A DNA stretch of 64,000 nt from a virus (Duplodnaviria; Caudoviricetes), in the IMG/VR virus record IMGVR_UViG_3300047160_007019, positions 12,994 through 76,993 of that record; one strand, written 5' to 3'. Every line of letters starts with the position of its first letter. Within the stretch, counting starts at the first letter, position 1. The position numbers were made by a program, and so were the translations under genes. This document shows positions 37,581 to 46,069 of the stretch, piece after piece. Under the pieces are notes generated by a model. It worked only from the letters and a program-made list of their open reading frames with translations, was not told where the DNA came from and searched no databases.

Positions 37581-37652
37581 TGGTGGAGCAACCGGGAGTT
37601 GAACCCGGCGAGCTGATCTTGCAAGGATCGGCTGCGCCCCGGCGCTTGCCCC
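37581..37652 (-). tRNA. tRNA-Ala(TGC), very short D loop
   Basis: G3.U70; loop CTTGCAA; 72 nt. Confidence 0.85.
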
Positions 37653-37658
37653 ATGTGC

Positions 37659-37735
37659 TGGTCCGTGTAGCGAGACTTGAACTCGCGGCCTCATCGTCCC
37701 GAACGATGCGCTCTACCAGGCTGAGCTACACACGG
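37659..37735 (-). tRNA. tRNA-Pro(CGG)
   Basis: CATCG-TTCGGGA-CGATG; C1-G72. Confidence 0.92.
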
Positions 37736-37743
37736 ATGAAAGA

Positions 37744-37818
37744 TGGTCGGAGTGGAGAGAATCGAACTCCCTTGAACGTGCGCCCAAGGCACGGGGCCAG
37801 CCAATGGCCCACACTCCG
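37744..37818 (-). tRNA. tRNA-Pro(TGG)
   Basis: CGTGC-CTTGGGC-GCACG; C1-G72. Confidence 0.9.
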
Positions 37819-37823
37819 GTTGA

Positions 37824-37916
37824 TGGTGCTTGCGCTAGGATTCGAACCTAGATCGTGCGCTAATCGGGCGCTTCAGGGTCTATAAGGCCCTCGCTCTACC
37901 GTTGAGCTACGCAAGC
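37824..37916 (-). tRNA. tRNA-Ile(TAT) with a long variable arm
   Basis: AGGGC-CTTATAG-ACCCT; variable arm GCGC-CCGATTA-GCGC; 93 nt. Confidence 0.82.
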
Positions 37917-37920
37917 ATGG

Positions 37921-37996
37921 TGGTGGTCCCGGCCCGATTCGAACGGGCGTCTCCGCGTCTTCAGCGCGGCGCTAAGGCCGTCTCAGCTACAGGACC
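37921..37996 (-). tRNA. tRNA-Phe(GAA)
   Basis: CCGCG-CTGAAGA-CGCGG; CCA. Confidence 0.9.
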
Positions 37997-37999
37997 ATG

Positions 38000-38075
38000 T
38001 GGCACAGGGGACAGGCTTCGAACCTGCAACCTGCGGTTTTGGAGACCGCCGCTCTACCAATTGAGCTACCCCCAT
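38000..38075 (-). tRNA. tRNA-Trp(CCA)
   Basis: GCGGT-CTCCAAA-ACCGC; G73. Confidence 0.9.
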
Positions 38076-38076
38076 A

Positions 38077-38151
38077 TGGAAGCCTGGGCCGGAATCAAAC
38101 CGGCGTCGTTGCGCTTTGCAGGCGCACGCATAATCACTCTGCCACCAGGCT
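38077..38151 (-). tRNA. tRNA-Cys(GCA)
   Basis: TGCGC-CTGCAAA-GCGCA; U73. Confidence 0.92.
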
Positions 38152-38154
38152 GTT

Positions 38155-38229
38155 TGGAGCGGACGGCGGGGATCGAACCCGCGACATCGAACTTGGAAGG
38201 ATCGCGTTCTGCCTCTGAACTACGCCCGC
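38155..38229 (-). tRNA. tRNA-Gly(TCC)
   Basis: Loop CTTCCAA; U73. Confidence 0.9.
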
Positions 38230-38236
38230 ATGATGT

Positions 38237-38312
38237 TGGCTTCGACGGCACGAGTCGAACGTGCGTGGCCTTGGTTCAGAGCCAAGATGGGATGCCGGCA
38301 ACCCGCGTCGAA
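38237..38312 (-). tRNA. tRNA-Gln(CTG)
   Basis: CTTGG-CTCTGAA-CCAAG; G73. Confidence 0.9.
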
Positions 38313-38320
38313 ACAGGATC

Positions 38321-38395
38321 TGGAACCCCCGGCGCGATTTGAACGCGCGACATCCGCCTTCGGAGAGCGGTGCTCTACCACTGAGCTACGAGGGT
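38321..38395 (-). tRNA. tRNA-Arg(CCG)
   Basis: CCGCT-CTCCGAA-GGCGG; CCA. Confidence 0.9.
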
Positions 38396-38400
38396 GAATC

Positions 38401-38476
38401 TGGAACCCCTGGCAGGACTCGAACCTGCGGCCTCCGACTTCGTAGGACGGCATTCTTCCAACTGAACTACAGGGGT
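38401..38476 (-). tRNA. tRNA-Arg(ACG)
   Basis: Loop CTACGAA; CCA. Confidence 0.9.
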
Positions 38477-38482
38477 ACAGGG

Positions 38483-38562
38483 TGGTGCGTAGCCCCGGAC
38501 TCGAACCGGGAAACCGCTGGGTCTGAGCCAGCGAGGTATACCAAGATTCCCTTCAGCTACGC
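38483..38562 (-). tRNA. tRNA-Leu(CAG), short variable arm
   Basis: GCTGG-CTCAGAC-CCAGC; CCA. Confidence 0.88.
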
Positions 38563-38566
38563 GAAA

Positions 38567-38655
38567 TGGTGGGTGCTGGCGGAGTCGAACCGATGCCCAT
38601 GGGGAGCTGGTTTACAGCCAGCCGTCTTTCCAAAAGACCTTACGTCGCAACACCC
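38567..38655 (-). tRNA. tRNA-Tyr(GTA), atypical D region and T stem
   Basis: GCTGG-CTGTAAA-CCAGC; extra bases before a GTCTTT/AAAGAC D stem. Confidence 0.75.
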
Positions 38656-38656
38656 T

Positions 38657-38731
38657 TGGCTCCAGTGGAGGGATTCGAACCCCCGGTGAGGTCATTAACA
38701 GTGACCGGCCTTTCCGCTTGGCTACACTGGA
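38657..38731 (-). tRNA. tRNA-Asn(GTT)
   Basis: GGTCA-CTGTTAA-TGACC; G73. Confidence 0.92.
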
Positions 38732-38739
38732 ATAGAAAT

Positions 38740-38814
38740 TGGAGCGGTGGACGAGAATCGAACTCGTATGATCCTGCTTGGCAAGCAGGTGCCCAACCAC
38801 TGGACCACCACCGC
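38740..38814 (-). tRNA. tRNA-Gly(GCC), first tRNA of the array
   Basis: CCTGC-TTGCCAA-GCAGG; U73. Confidence 0.92.
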
Positions 38815-38819
38815 ATGAA

Positions 38820-39000
38820 AACACAGTGCGGACGATAGGCGTGCATCGACGCCTCGTTTTACTTCATGCCTCGGAAGGCACCTTGCTAGCGACCCGTTGC
38901 GGTTTCCCACCGCCAGCCGTTTACAGGCACGGGTACAGAAAATTGCTGCCCAGCAAGCTCTCGTTCCGCTGATAGCCCTCTCGGACCACTGCGTAAGTGC
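38820..39000 (-). ncRNA. Candidate structured RNA (about 180 nt) directly upstream of the array
   Basis: Closing helix 38823-38840/38975-38992 plus internal hairpins; no ORF. Confidence 0.45.
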
Positions 39001-39016
39001 AAACAACCCAAGTTGT

Positions 39017-39062
39017 AAAAAATCAAGACCCCCGGTAAGCCTTTCTTGCCTACCGGGGGTCT
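39017..39062 (-). terminator. Strong intrinsic terminator in the array leader
   Basis: 12-bp stem AGACCCCCGGUA/UACCGGGGGUCU followed by UGAUUUUUU. Confidence 0.75.
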
Positions 39063-39238
39063 GGTGTTGCTCGGTAGGTTTCTTCTCGGGACCTGCCGCC
39101 TGGCGGATCAGTCGCGTTACACGTCCTGTTTCCGGTTGGCGGCCTGAATGCGGCCCGGCCACAATGGACGCAGCACGGCCATCCCTGTTGCCGGGAAGGT
39201 CGTGCTTGAAAAATAAAGTTGCGAGTCCATGGGCGCGA

Positions 39239-39278
39239 AGCCTACGCTGCGGCGCAGCGGATTGCAAGTGCCTGCAAC
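39239..39278 (-). promoter_or_regulatory. Sigma70-like promoter with overlapping palindromic operator
   Basis: TTGCAA-17-TAGGCT; GTTGC-N8-GCAAT covers the -35 box. Confidence 0.6.
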
Positions 39279-39282
39279 GAAT

Positions 39283-39314
39283 AAGGCCCGGCCACCCTGG
39301 GGTAGCCGGGCCTT
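39283..39314 (-). terminator. GC hairpin, probable terminator of the upstream leftward transcript
   Basis: AAGGCCCGGC/GCCGGGCCUU stem with a weak U tract. Confidence 0.5.
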
Positions 39315-39387
39315 CAAGATGACAAATATGCACTTCTCGTAGCACACTGGCTTCGCTCGGCATTTGCGCCGGACTGGAGCGGGTGCG

Positions 39388-39579
39388 ATGGATACGGAAA
39401 CAAAGTCAGATGTGATTGAGGTTACGCCGGAGATGCTGGAGGCCGGAGCCGACGCGATTTTGTCAGAGACCGGAGGGGCTGGGGCTATCCTTTGTGCTTA
39501 CTTTGATTCGGCTGAGGTGGCAGCACGGGTTTATCGGGCCATGGAAAATTGCCGTCGAGAAAATGGCGCAGGATGCTGA
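39388..39579 (+). CDS. Small counter-oriented hypothetical protein
   Basis: IEVTPEMLEAG...AARVYRAM; lies beside an AT-richer patch. Confidence 0.45.
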   Translation: MDTETKSDVIEVTPEMLEAGADAILSETGGAGAILCAYFDSAEVAARVYRAMENCRRENGAGC

Positions 39580-39733
39580 GGGAGAAATCACAGAGCTTGT
39601 CAGAGCAGTCTTTGCAGTAATCCAACTCCGCTATTAGATTTTTTCCTTTAAGGTTTAAAGCTCTCTTGTGCCAGCTCAAATAGTCACTGGTGATGCTGGT
39701 TCCTGATGCGGCCGTGGTGGTTGGGAGCGTCCA

Positions 39734-40231
39734 TCAGCTCAACCTGCGCCCGTTCGGACCCTTCACCGTCACGTTGTCCTGGAATATCTTTTGCGCCTCC
39801 TGTACTAGGGCCCGGTGACGCTTGGCCGGGTCCAACTGCTCGGTGTACCAGAAAAACCGCAGAACCGCGGCGCGGTCCTCCAGCCGGAAGAATTCGTTGC
39901 CCTGGATCTTGGCGTCCACGGCGTTGAGAATCAGTGCAACTACGTCATCGGAATTGCCCAAGCGAAACCGGGTGCGGCAGTCCACGTACAGCGGCGTGGC
40001 GTCGTCCTCCAGTTGCCATTTCTCGATCATGGCCTGGCCCAGGGTGAACAGCTTGCCGCTGAGGCCACCCCACTGCTGACGAAGCACACCGCGCTCCTTG
40101 TCTGTCAGGCCGGCGTAGCAGAACTCCACGGCGGCTTCGACCGTCTGCGGGATCAACGCTTCCGGTCGCAGGTCAATCGGCGGCACGACGCACCGCCCAG
40201 TAAAAGCCGTGGCCGATGTGGCGCCACTCAT
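39734..40231 (-). CDS. Hypothetical protein
   Basis: 165-aa ORF in the operon orientation. Confidence 0.5.
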   Translation of the reverse strand: MSGATSATAFTGRCVVPPIDLRPEALIPQTVEAAVEFCYAGLTDKERGVLRQQWGGLSGKLFTLGQAMIEKWQLEDDATPLYVDCRTRFRLGNSDDVVALILNAVDAKIQGNEFFRLEDRAAVLRFFWYTEQLDPAKRHRALVQEAQKIFQDNVTVKGPNGRRLS

Positions 40232-40309
40232 AGCCGTTGGCGATCAGTATGGCTTCCTTCTCCTGAATCGGGGCGTAGGCGATGCGCCACCAGCGCCAGA
40301 TGCACCAGC

Positions 40310-40519
40310 TCATGGCTGCGGCACCGAACTGGACTCGGTGCACGTCACCGGTGCCGTGAAGACGCCCTGGGTGCCGTCCGGCTGGATGGCGATGAGCTGC
40401 AGCGCGCCGGTGCGGCGGTCCAGTTCCCAGTGCGCGTTGTTCGCGTCGATCCAGCGCTGGGCCTGGCCGCCTCCGACACCGGCGGCGGCGAGGGAGAGGA
40501 TCAGCAGCGACAGCTTCAT
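40310..40519 (-). CDS. Small exported protein
   Basis: Signal-like N-terminus MKLSLLILSLAAAG. Confidence 0.45.
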   Translation of the reverse strand: MKLSLLILSLAAAGVGGGQAQRWIDANNAHWELDRRTGALQLIAIQPDGTQGVFTAPVTCTESSSVPQP

Positions 40520-40731
40520 GACACGGCCGCCGCGGTGCTGGTGCTGCCGTCGGCCAGCGTGGTCTGGATCTCGGTCTTGGTCTTGAGGATCGAAACGAGG
40601 GCGACCACCATGACCTCCTTGCCAGTCTTGGCAGCACCGATGGCGGCGGTGTTGGCATCGTCCAGGCTGCTATGCGATGACAGCATGGCGTTGCCGCTGA
40701 GGACGAAGTGAGAGTAGGTTGGCTTGGACAT
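40516..40731 (-). CDS. Hypothetical protein
   Basis: RBS AAGGAG. Confidence 0.5.
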   Translation of the reverse strand: MSKPTYSHFVLSGNAMLSSHSSLDDANTAAIGAAKTGKEVMVVALVSILKTKTEIQTTLADGSTSTAAAVS

Positions 40732-41045
40732 CAGGTGTTACTCCTTGGTGGCGCCGGGACCGTCGGTGTTCAGCTCGAAGTCGGTGCCGGCGAGAAACTG
40801 GTGAAACTTGGTGGCGGTAATGACCACGGCATCCTCGCTGCCTCTTTCGGCGCTATGGTACAAAACCGCGCTTTGCAACGCCTGGTTGCGGCGATCCCAT
40901 GATGTGGCACCGGTACCGCGGCATTTCCATCTGTGCTGCTTCCATCACGCCTACTCCTATCGAAAAAGAAGGCCGGGGGACCGCAGGGGCGCAATCCCCC
41001 GGCAAAAACGGGACCGGTTTGGGGGTTCCGGCCCGCTGCTTTGGA

Positions 41046-41588
41046 TCAGTGCCGTCGACGTTTCTCCGGGTAGAGCAAGTCGTCGTCGTGGTCGCCGCCA
41101 GCGCAGGACTGCTCGCGCTTGGCTTGGGATTCGTCATAGTGCAGGCCCCGGACGGGCATCGCGCATTTGGCGCGCTCTGATCGGCGGAAGCGACCGGAGC
41201 TGGTGCCGGAGCCGGCCATCCCGGGATTGCGCCGCGGGAACAGCGGCATGCCGAGCAGCACCACGACAACCAGGATCACCAGCAGGCCGAGGCCGGCCAT
41301 GAATTCCAGCGCCAGGCGGTCATCGTCGCGCTGCTGCTGCAACGACTGGTCCAACTGGCGTTCCTGATCGGGCGTCAGCACCGGCAGGGCTTGCACGTGG
41401 GGCTGCGCCGCCGGCGGTACGTAGATCGCCGGCAGAACCGTCATGCCTTCCGGCAGGACCACGGCGTCATGCTGCAGGCGCTCCATGCTGGCGTGCGCCG
41501 GCCGGGGCCACAGGAATGCGAACAGCGCCACCAGCAGGGCCAGGATGAACCAGCCGAACAGCGGCGTGAAATGCTTGCTTGTCATCAT
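41046..41588 (-). CDS. Membrane protein (two TM segments)
   Basis: MMTSKHFTPLFGWFILALLVALFAFLW; ATGA overlap with the upstream gene. Confidence 0.5.
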   Translation of the reverse strand: MMTSKHFTPLFGWFILALLVALFAFLWPRPAHASMERLQHDAVVLPEGMTVLPAIYVPPAAQPHVQALPVLTPDQERQLDQSLQQQRDDDRLALEFMAGLGLLVILVVVVLLGMPLFPRRNPGMAGSGTSSGRFRRSERAKCAMPVRGLHYDESQAKREQSCAGGDHDDDLLYPEKRRRH

Positions 41589-42052
41589 GCTGCTTTCTCC
41601 CCTTGTTGTGAGGCTCGCGCCCCGGATTCGTTGTCGGCTATCACCACGGCGAAGGCCTGGAAGTGGACGCCCCAAAACCAGCACAGCAGACCGAATTTCA
41701 TCTTCTGGTACTTGGTAAGGCTGACGCCCATCCTCGCAGCAGCTTCGCGATCCGGCCGCGGGACTTCCAGTGGCAACCCTATGTAGGTCGCGTCGAACAC
41801 CTCTTTCAGCATCGGTGGCAGGAACGGCAGGGCGTCCTGGACCGCTCGTGCCGCGCGCTCGATGCGTAGCATTCGCTGGTGGGTCTGCACGAAGTCCGCC
41901 ATGCCGCCGTCGGGCTTGCACAGCACTGCATCTCCGTCGATGACCTCTGTGCGAGATTCGATACCGCTGTTGACCCACAGATCGGGAGGCGGAGCGTTGC
42001 GCCATTGGGCGTAGTCGCCCAACCATCCTTCAATGCGGCCTAGCAGGCTCAT
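41585..42052 (-). CDS. Putative Q-like antiterminator or late regulator
   Basis: WLGDYAQW N-terminus and C-terminal HTH (DREAAARMGVSLTKYQ); lies after rusA. Confidence 0.5.
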   Translation of the reverse strand: MSLLGRIEGWLGDYAQWRNAPPPDLWVNSGIESRTEVIDGDAVLCKPDGGMADFVQTHQRMLRIERAARAVQDALPFLPPMLKEVFDATYIGLPLEVPRPDREAAARMGVSLTKYQKMKFGLLCWFWGVHFQAFAVVIADNESGARASQQGEKAA

Positions 42053-42107
42053 GTTGGTGATGGGCCCTTCAGGTATGCCTCAACCTTCTTGGCGACGTTG
42101 CCGTCGT

Positions 42108-42587
42108 TCATTGCTCCCCTACGTCTTTATTTGGTCCCTCCAGCATCTCGGGCTGGATACCGCACAACTCCATCGCCTTGCGCGTGAACTCGTCCATTAC
42201 CTCAGACAGGTCAAGCGCAACCTGGGCGGTATTCTCCACCATCGGGGCCTCGAACCGATACGTGATGCTCACGTTCATCTGCGTAGGGTCAAGCGTCAAC
42301 ACCGCTACGCCGCGGCTGCACTCGATAACCTTGGTGTAGATATCGTGCCCGGCCTTCTCCCGCGCTTCCTGGGCCATGCTGAGGGCCAAGTTGTCGATGT
42401 CGGTCCCGACCAGCACGCGCCTGGTGATGGACAGCTTCTTGTCGATGTCGAGCCGGCGGAACGGGGTCAGTGAGCCGCCGGACGGATCTGGTGCCTTGAG
42501 GTAAGCGGAAGGGGCGAGAGCGGGCAGACCGTCTCCCTGGGCGGAGGAGATAGCGAGAGGGGTAGGGGCCTTGGTGTCGCTCACCAA
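42108..42587 (-). CDS. Hypothetical protein
   Basis: Coupled ORF. Confidence 0.5.
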   Translation of the reverse strand: MVSDTKAPTPLAISSAQGDGLPALAPSAYLKAPDPSGGSLTPFRRLDIDKKLSITRRVLVGTDIDNLALSMAQEAREKAGHDIYTKVIECSRGVAVLTLDPTQMNVSITYRFEAPMVENTAQVALDLSEVMDEFTRKAMELCGIQPEMLEGPNKDVGEQ

Positions 42588-43084
42588 CGTTCCGCCTGCA
42601 GTATGGCATGGGAGAAAGCCTCTCCTTGGCGCGCTGCGTTGCCTCTGAACAGGTCGAAAAAGGATTTGGTGTCGCTGGCGCTGCGCATACTCAAACAGAT
42701 GCGAGGCTTAGAGGAGCCGATGGCGCTCCGACCAGTGACCAACATTTCGATGGCGGAGCGCGTTACTGCTTGGTTCAGAAAAGATGATTCAGTTGGCCAA
42801 CGCGACTCCGACACTAGAACGAAGCCGCCTCTCCGATACAGCAAATACACCACGTGCTGATTCAATTCCAAGACGCACAGCGGTTCCATGGCATGGTCGT
42901 ACAGCACGACGCGGACCTCACTGCCGCATCTGGCGCGCTCACACTTTTGTTCTGCATGCTGCTTCGCAGCCTCGTTGACTTCGGCTGGTCCTGGTACTTG
43001 ACTGGCAGCAAGGCGGGTCAGGTAGTCATCGACCAATTCCTGAGTTGGCAACGCCGCATTGGGGTTTACAGGCAATGTTCTCAT
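42581..43084 (-). CDS. Hypothetical protein
   Basis: Coupled ORF. Confidence 0.5.
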   Translation of the reverse strand: MRTLPVNPNAALPTQELVDDYLTRLAASQVPGPAEVNEAAKQHAEQKCERARCGSEVRVVLYDHAMEPLCVLELNQHVVYLLYRRGGFVLVSESRWPTESSFLNQAVTRSAIEMLVTGRSAIGSSKPRICLSMRSASDTKSFFDLFRGNAARQGEAFSHAILQAERW

Positions 43085-43761
43085 TCCGGCGCCTCGATCA
43101 TAGGCCGGTCCAGACGCGACTCAGGCAGGGCCTCTTGGCGCGGTTGCGGTGGAGGATCGAAGTCCTCACCCAGTAGCGGCTTTCGCTTTGGCTCGGCATC
43201 AAGCGCCTGCTGCATTGCTTCGACAAACTCCACACCTGCAGGCGCATAAGGCTCTGTACCGCCCAGCAGATCGATTGGACGCGGCTGCTCGTCGCTGAGG
43301 ATGTGCTGGCGTACTTCGACCACGATGCGGCCAGGTGGCGAGGACAGGCATGCGCGCACAAGTTCCAGATGCCAGATGTCCGAGTCGTCACGGAGCATTC
43401 CGGCTTTGACGATCGAGTCTTCCAACGCCTTCGTCAGATTCGACAGGTCCCTGGTCCGACGGTCTGGTGGATAGCAGATGAGTTTGACGTACAGCGGCAT
43501 GCCGGATGGGAGAGGCTTTGCGCGCTGCTTCTGCAGAACCCTGGCCACGTCCTCGGCGTACTGCCGGCCGCGCTTGCTGATGAGGCTGCGGGCTTGTCCC
43601 TTGATGACGATGTGGCGCCAGTACGTGTTTGCCGTCGGACTCCACGGCAGCGTCCAACAAGCTAGCAGCGAGTCTTGGCTACTCCGCTCTATCTCGTTGA
43701 GGATGTCGGCGGCGTCGGTCCAACCCTGGTCTAGCAAGTGCTGGAGTGTGACGCTGTTCAC
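43081..43761 (-). CDS. rusA: RusA-family Holliday junction resolvase
   Basis: LPWSPTANTYWRH..SKRGRQY..YPPDRRTRDLSNLTKALED..DDSDI. Confidence 0.85.
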   Translation of the reverse strand: MNSVTLQHLLDQGWTDAADILNEIERSSQDSLLACWTLPWSPTANTYWRHIVIKGQARSLISKRGRQYAEDVARVLQKQRAKPLPSGMPLYVKLICYPPDRRTRDLSNLTKALEDSIVKAGMLRDDSDIWHLELVRACLSSPPGRIVVEVRQHILSDEQPRPIDLLGGTEPYAPAGVEFVEAMQQALDAEPKRKPLLGEDFDPPPQPRQEALPESRLDRPMIEAPE

Positions 43762-44012
43762 CAATCCAACTCCGCCGGCTCGCGGGCTTCCCATTCCCCA
43801 TCGCCAGAGCGAACGTAATACGTATCACGATTCTCTCCGGAGAAAGTCCATATCGCCGTCACCTCCGGATGAAGCCGCTTGGCCATTTTAATGGCCCCTC
43901 TCATGTCGCAGCAGTTTCCGGGCATCAGGTGAAGGGCTAGGACGCCCGGCATGATGACTTCCCAGGAAACCCAGTGGCATTTGAGGACGGGGCAGTATAG
44001 GCCTATGGCCAC
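43758..44012 (-). CDS. Hypothetical protein
   Basis: NCCDMRGAIKMAK..DT.Y motif-like; coupled. Confidence 0.5.
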   Translation of the reverse strand: MAIGLYCPVLKCHWVSWEVIMPGVLALHLMPGNCCDMRGAIKMAKRLHPEVTAIWTFSGENRDTYYVRSGDGEWEAREPAELDW

Positions 44013-44233
44013 GGCAATTGCGCCTTCTGGACCGTCTCGAACATGCGCGCGGCGTAGTAGTCCCAGTCCGCTTCGAGCATGCGCTCGGTGCGCTCGTCGC
44101 CCATCATGCCGGCGAAGAACTGGAGCCAGGCCGAGAAGGTTTCGATGCCGAGCTTGGGGCGCTGCGGCGGCAGCACGCGGCTCAGGTCCAGGGGCTGGAT
44201 CGGGCCGGGCCGGTTGGCGGTCTGCGCGCTCAC
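44003..44233 (-). CDS. Hypothetical protein (MSAQTANRP...)
   Basis: GTG start after GGAGG. Confidence 0.45.
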   Translation of the reverse strand: MSAQTANRPGPIQPLDLSRVLPPQRPKLGIETFSAWLQFFAGMMGDERTERMLEADWDYYAARMFETVQKAQLPWP

Positions 44234-44674
44234 CAGGAACCTCCCTGGCGCTCCCGGATCGGCGAAACCAGAGCTTCCAGCGCAGCTTCGAAACCTGGGT
44301 CTACCCTGCCGTCGGATCGAGCCTTGAGGGGCTTCGGAACCGACGTGAAAAACTTGTCCATCGGCCTGCTGCCGGGGAGTCGGTCCTGGCGTTGCTCGCG
44401 CTGGTCGGATGGTTCCAGACCGCTGGCTCTTTCGCCCGTCATCGTTGCGCTTCCCCCACGGTGCGCCTGGTGCTTCGCGGCTTCCGGCCCACTGCCGTCC
44501 GGGGCGTGAGGGCCTGCCGCCTGTTGCTCGGCTCGGGACCCCTTGCGCCTGCCAGCTCCCCCGCCAGGGAACCTCCAGCGCTCGGGTTGTTCGAGCGGGG
44601 GTAACGGGCTTCCGTGCCACAGCACCCCATGGCGGAGCACACTACCCCAACCGAAACCGGATTGCAACTGCCGG

Positions 44675-46069
44675 TCACGTCGGGTAGTCCCGGTAGGCGT
44701 CGATCTGCGACTGGTCGACCCGCTGCTCGAAGCGCTGGATGTTTCCGCGGAACAGCAGCCGCTCGGACATCCAGCCGCGGCGGCCGTAACGGTTTTTCAG
44801 CAGGCCGACCTCAAGCTCCAACTCGTTTGCGCTTTCGTCGTCGGGCTCGGTGACCGGGTGCAACGCGATGCAGGTCGACAGGTCCTGCTCGATGTTCCCG
44901 CTCTCGCGCAGGTCGGTCAGGCCAGGGCGTCGCCCCGTAGCACCGCGGCCCAGCTGCGCGAGAGCGATGATCGGGATTCCAAGTTCCTCCGCGGTCTGCT
45001 TGAGCGTGCGCGTCACTTCGCCAACAGCTTCGTATCGTTTCGCTCCGTTGCGAAGGGAAACGTTCACCAGCAGGATGTGATCCACCACGGCGAATGCGAT
45101 GTGTTCTGCCCTCGCGTAGCGAGTGATTTTCGCGCGGATTTTGCCGAGGTCGAACGTGCGTGAATCAACCCACAGCGGCAGGCTCGTGAGGTCGTGCCTG
45201 ACGACTGCTTCGCTCGCAAACTGCACGGCCTGGTCGTAGCCGCCACGCATCGCCGTGAGGTTCACTCCGCCTACGCTGGCGATGCCGCGCAACGCTACGG
45301 CGATGGGGTTTTCCTCCAGCGTCAGGAACAATCCGCGATGGCCCATCTTCGCCGCGTGCAGGCTGACTTGCACCGCGAACGCCGTCTTGCCAACCGACGT
45401 TCGAGCCGCAACGCCGATCAGCTCGCCAGCGCGCATGCCTCCGGTCGCACGGTCCAGTACCGGGATGCCGTAGGGCACGCCTGGCGGTCTGCCGGCAGCG
45501 CGTTCGGCACGACTGCGCTCGATGTCCTCCAGCGCTGCGACCGTGGCTTGGCCGAACGTCACCGCGTCCGCGACACCACGGCTGCGCAGCTTCGCCAACT
45601 CCGCGTCCGCTTCGCGCAGCAGGTCCGCAACGTCCCGACCGCCGGAGTGATACCCGAGCTCGGCGATGTCCTGGCCCAGCGCGATCAGCGCGCGCAGACC
45701 GGAGTGCTGGCGGACAATCTCGGCGTAGCCCATCACGTTCGCGGCGCTCGGGGTTTCGGTGGCTAACCCGAGCACGTAGGCGTAGCCGCCAGCCTCATCC
45801 AGTTTGCCATGCTGTCGCAGATGTTCCTGCAGCGTGAGTTGGTCGACGGTCTTGCGAGCCGTTGCCAGTTCGCTCAACGCACGCCAGACAGCGCGGTGCT
45901 CGTGGGTATAAAAATCTTCCTCGCACACCAGCCCGGAAATTTCCGCCCACTGCCGAGCGCCGGTGATAATCAAACCACCGAGTACCGATTGCTCCGCCTC
46001 GGTCGAGTGCGGCGGATGCTTGGGACTTGGTGCGAGCTTGCCCGGCCTGGTGTCACCGAGCGGCGTCAC
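44675..46069 (-). CDS. dnaB: Replicative DNA helicase, no intein
   Basis: PHSTEAEQSVLG, AARTSVGKT, VVDHI, LAQLGR, DLRESGNIEQD, KNRYG. Confidence 0.95.
   Translation of the reverse strand: MTPLGDTRPGKLAPSPKHPPHSTEAEQSVLGGLIITGARQWAEISGLVCEEDFYTHEHRAVWRALSELATARKTVDQLTLQEHLRQHGKLDEAGGYAYVLGLATETPSAANVMGYAEIVRQHSGLRALIALGQDIAELGYHSGGRDVADLLREADAELAKLRSRGVADAVTFGQATVAALEDIERSRAERAAGRPPGVPYGIPVLDRATGGMRAGELIGVAARTSVGKTAFAVQVSLHAAKMGHRGLFLTLEENPIAVALRGIASVGGVNLTAMRGGYDQAVQFASEAVVRHDLTSLPLWVDSRTFDLGKIRAKITRYARAEHIAFAVVDHILLVNVSLRNGAKRYEAVGEVTRTLKQTAEELGIPIIALAQLGRGATGRRPGLTDLRESGNIEQDLSTCIALHPVTEPDDESANELELEVGLLKNRYGRRGWMSERLLFRGNIQRFEQRVDQSQIDAYRDYPT

Noticed and set aside
35870-38846. Many ORFs over the tRNA array
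   Set aside because: Chance ORFs in GC-rich tRNA genes.
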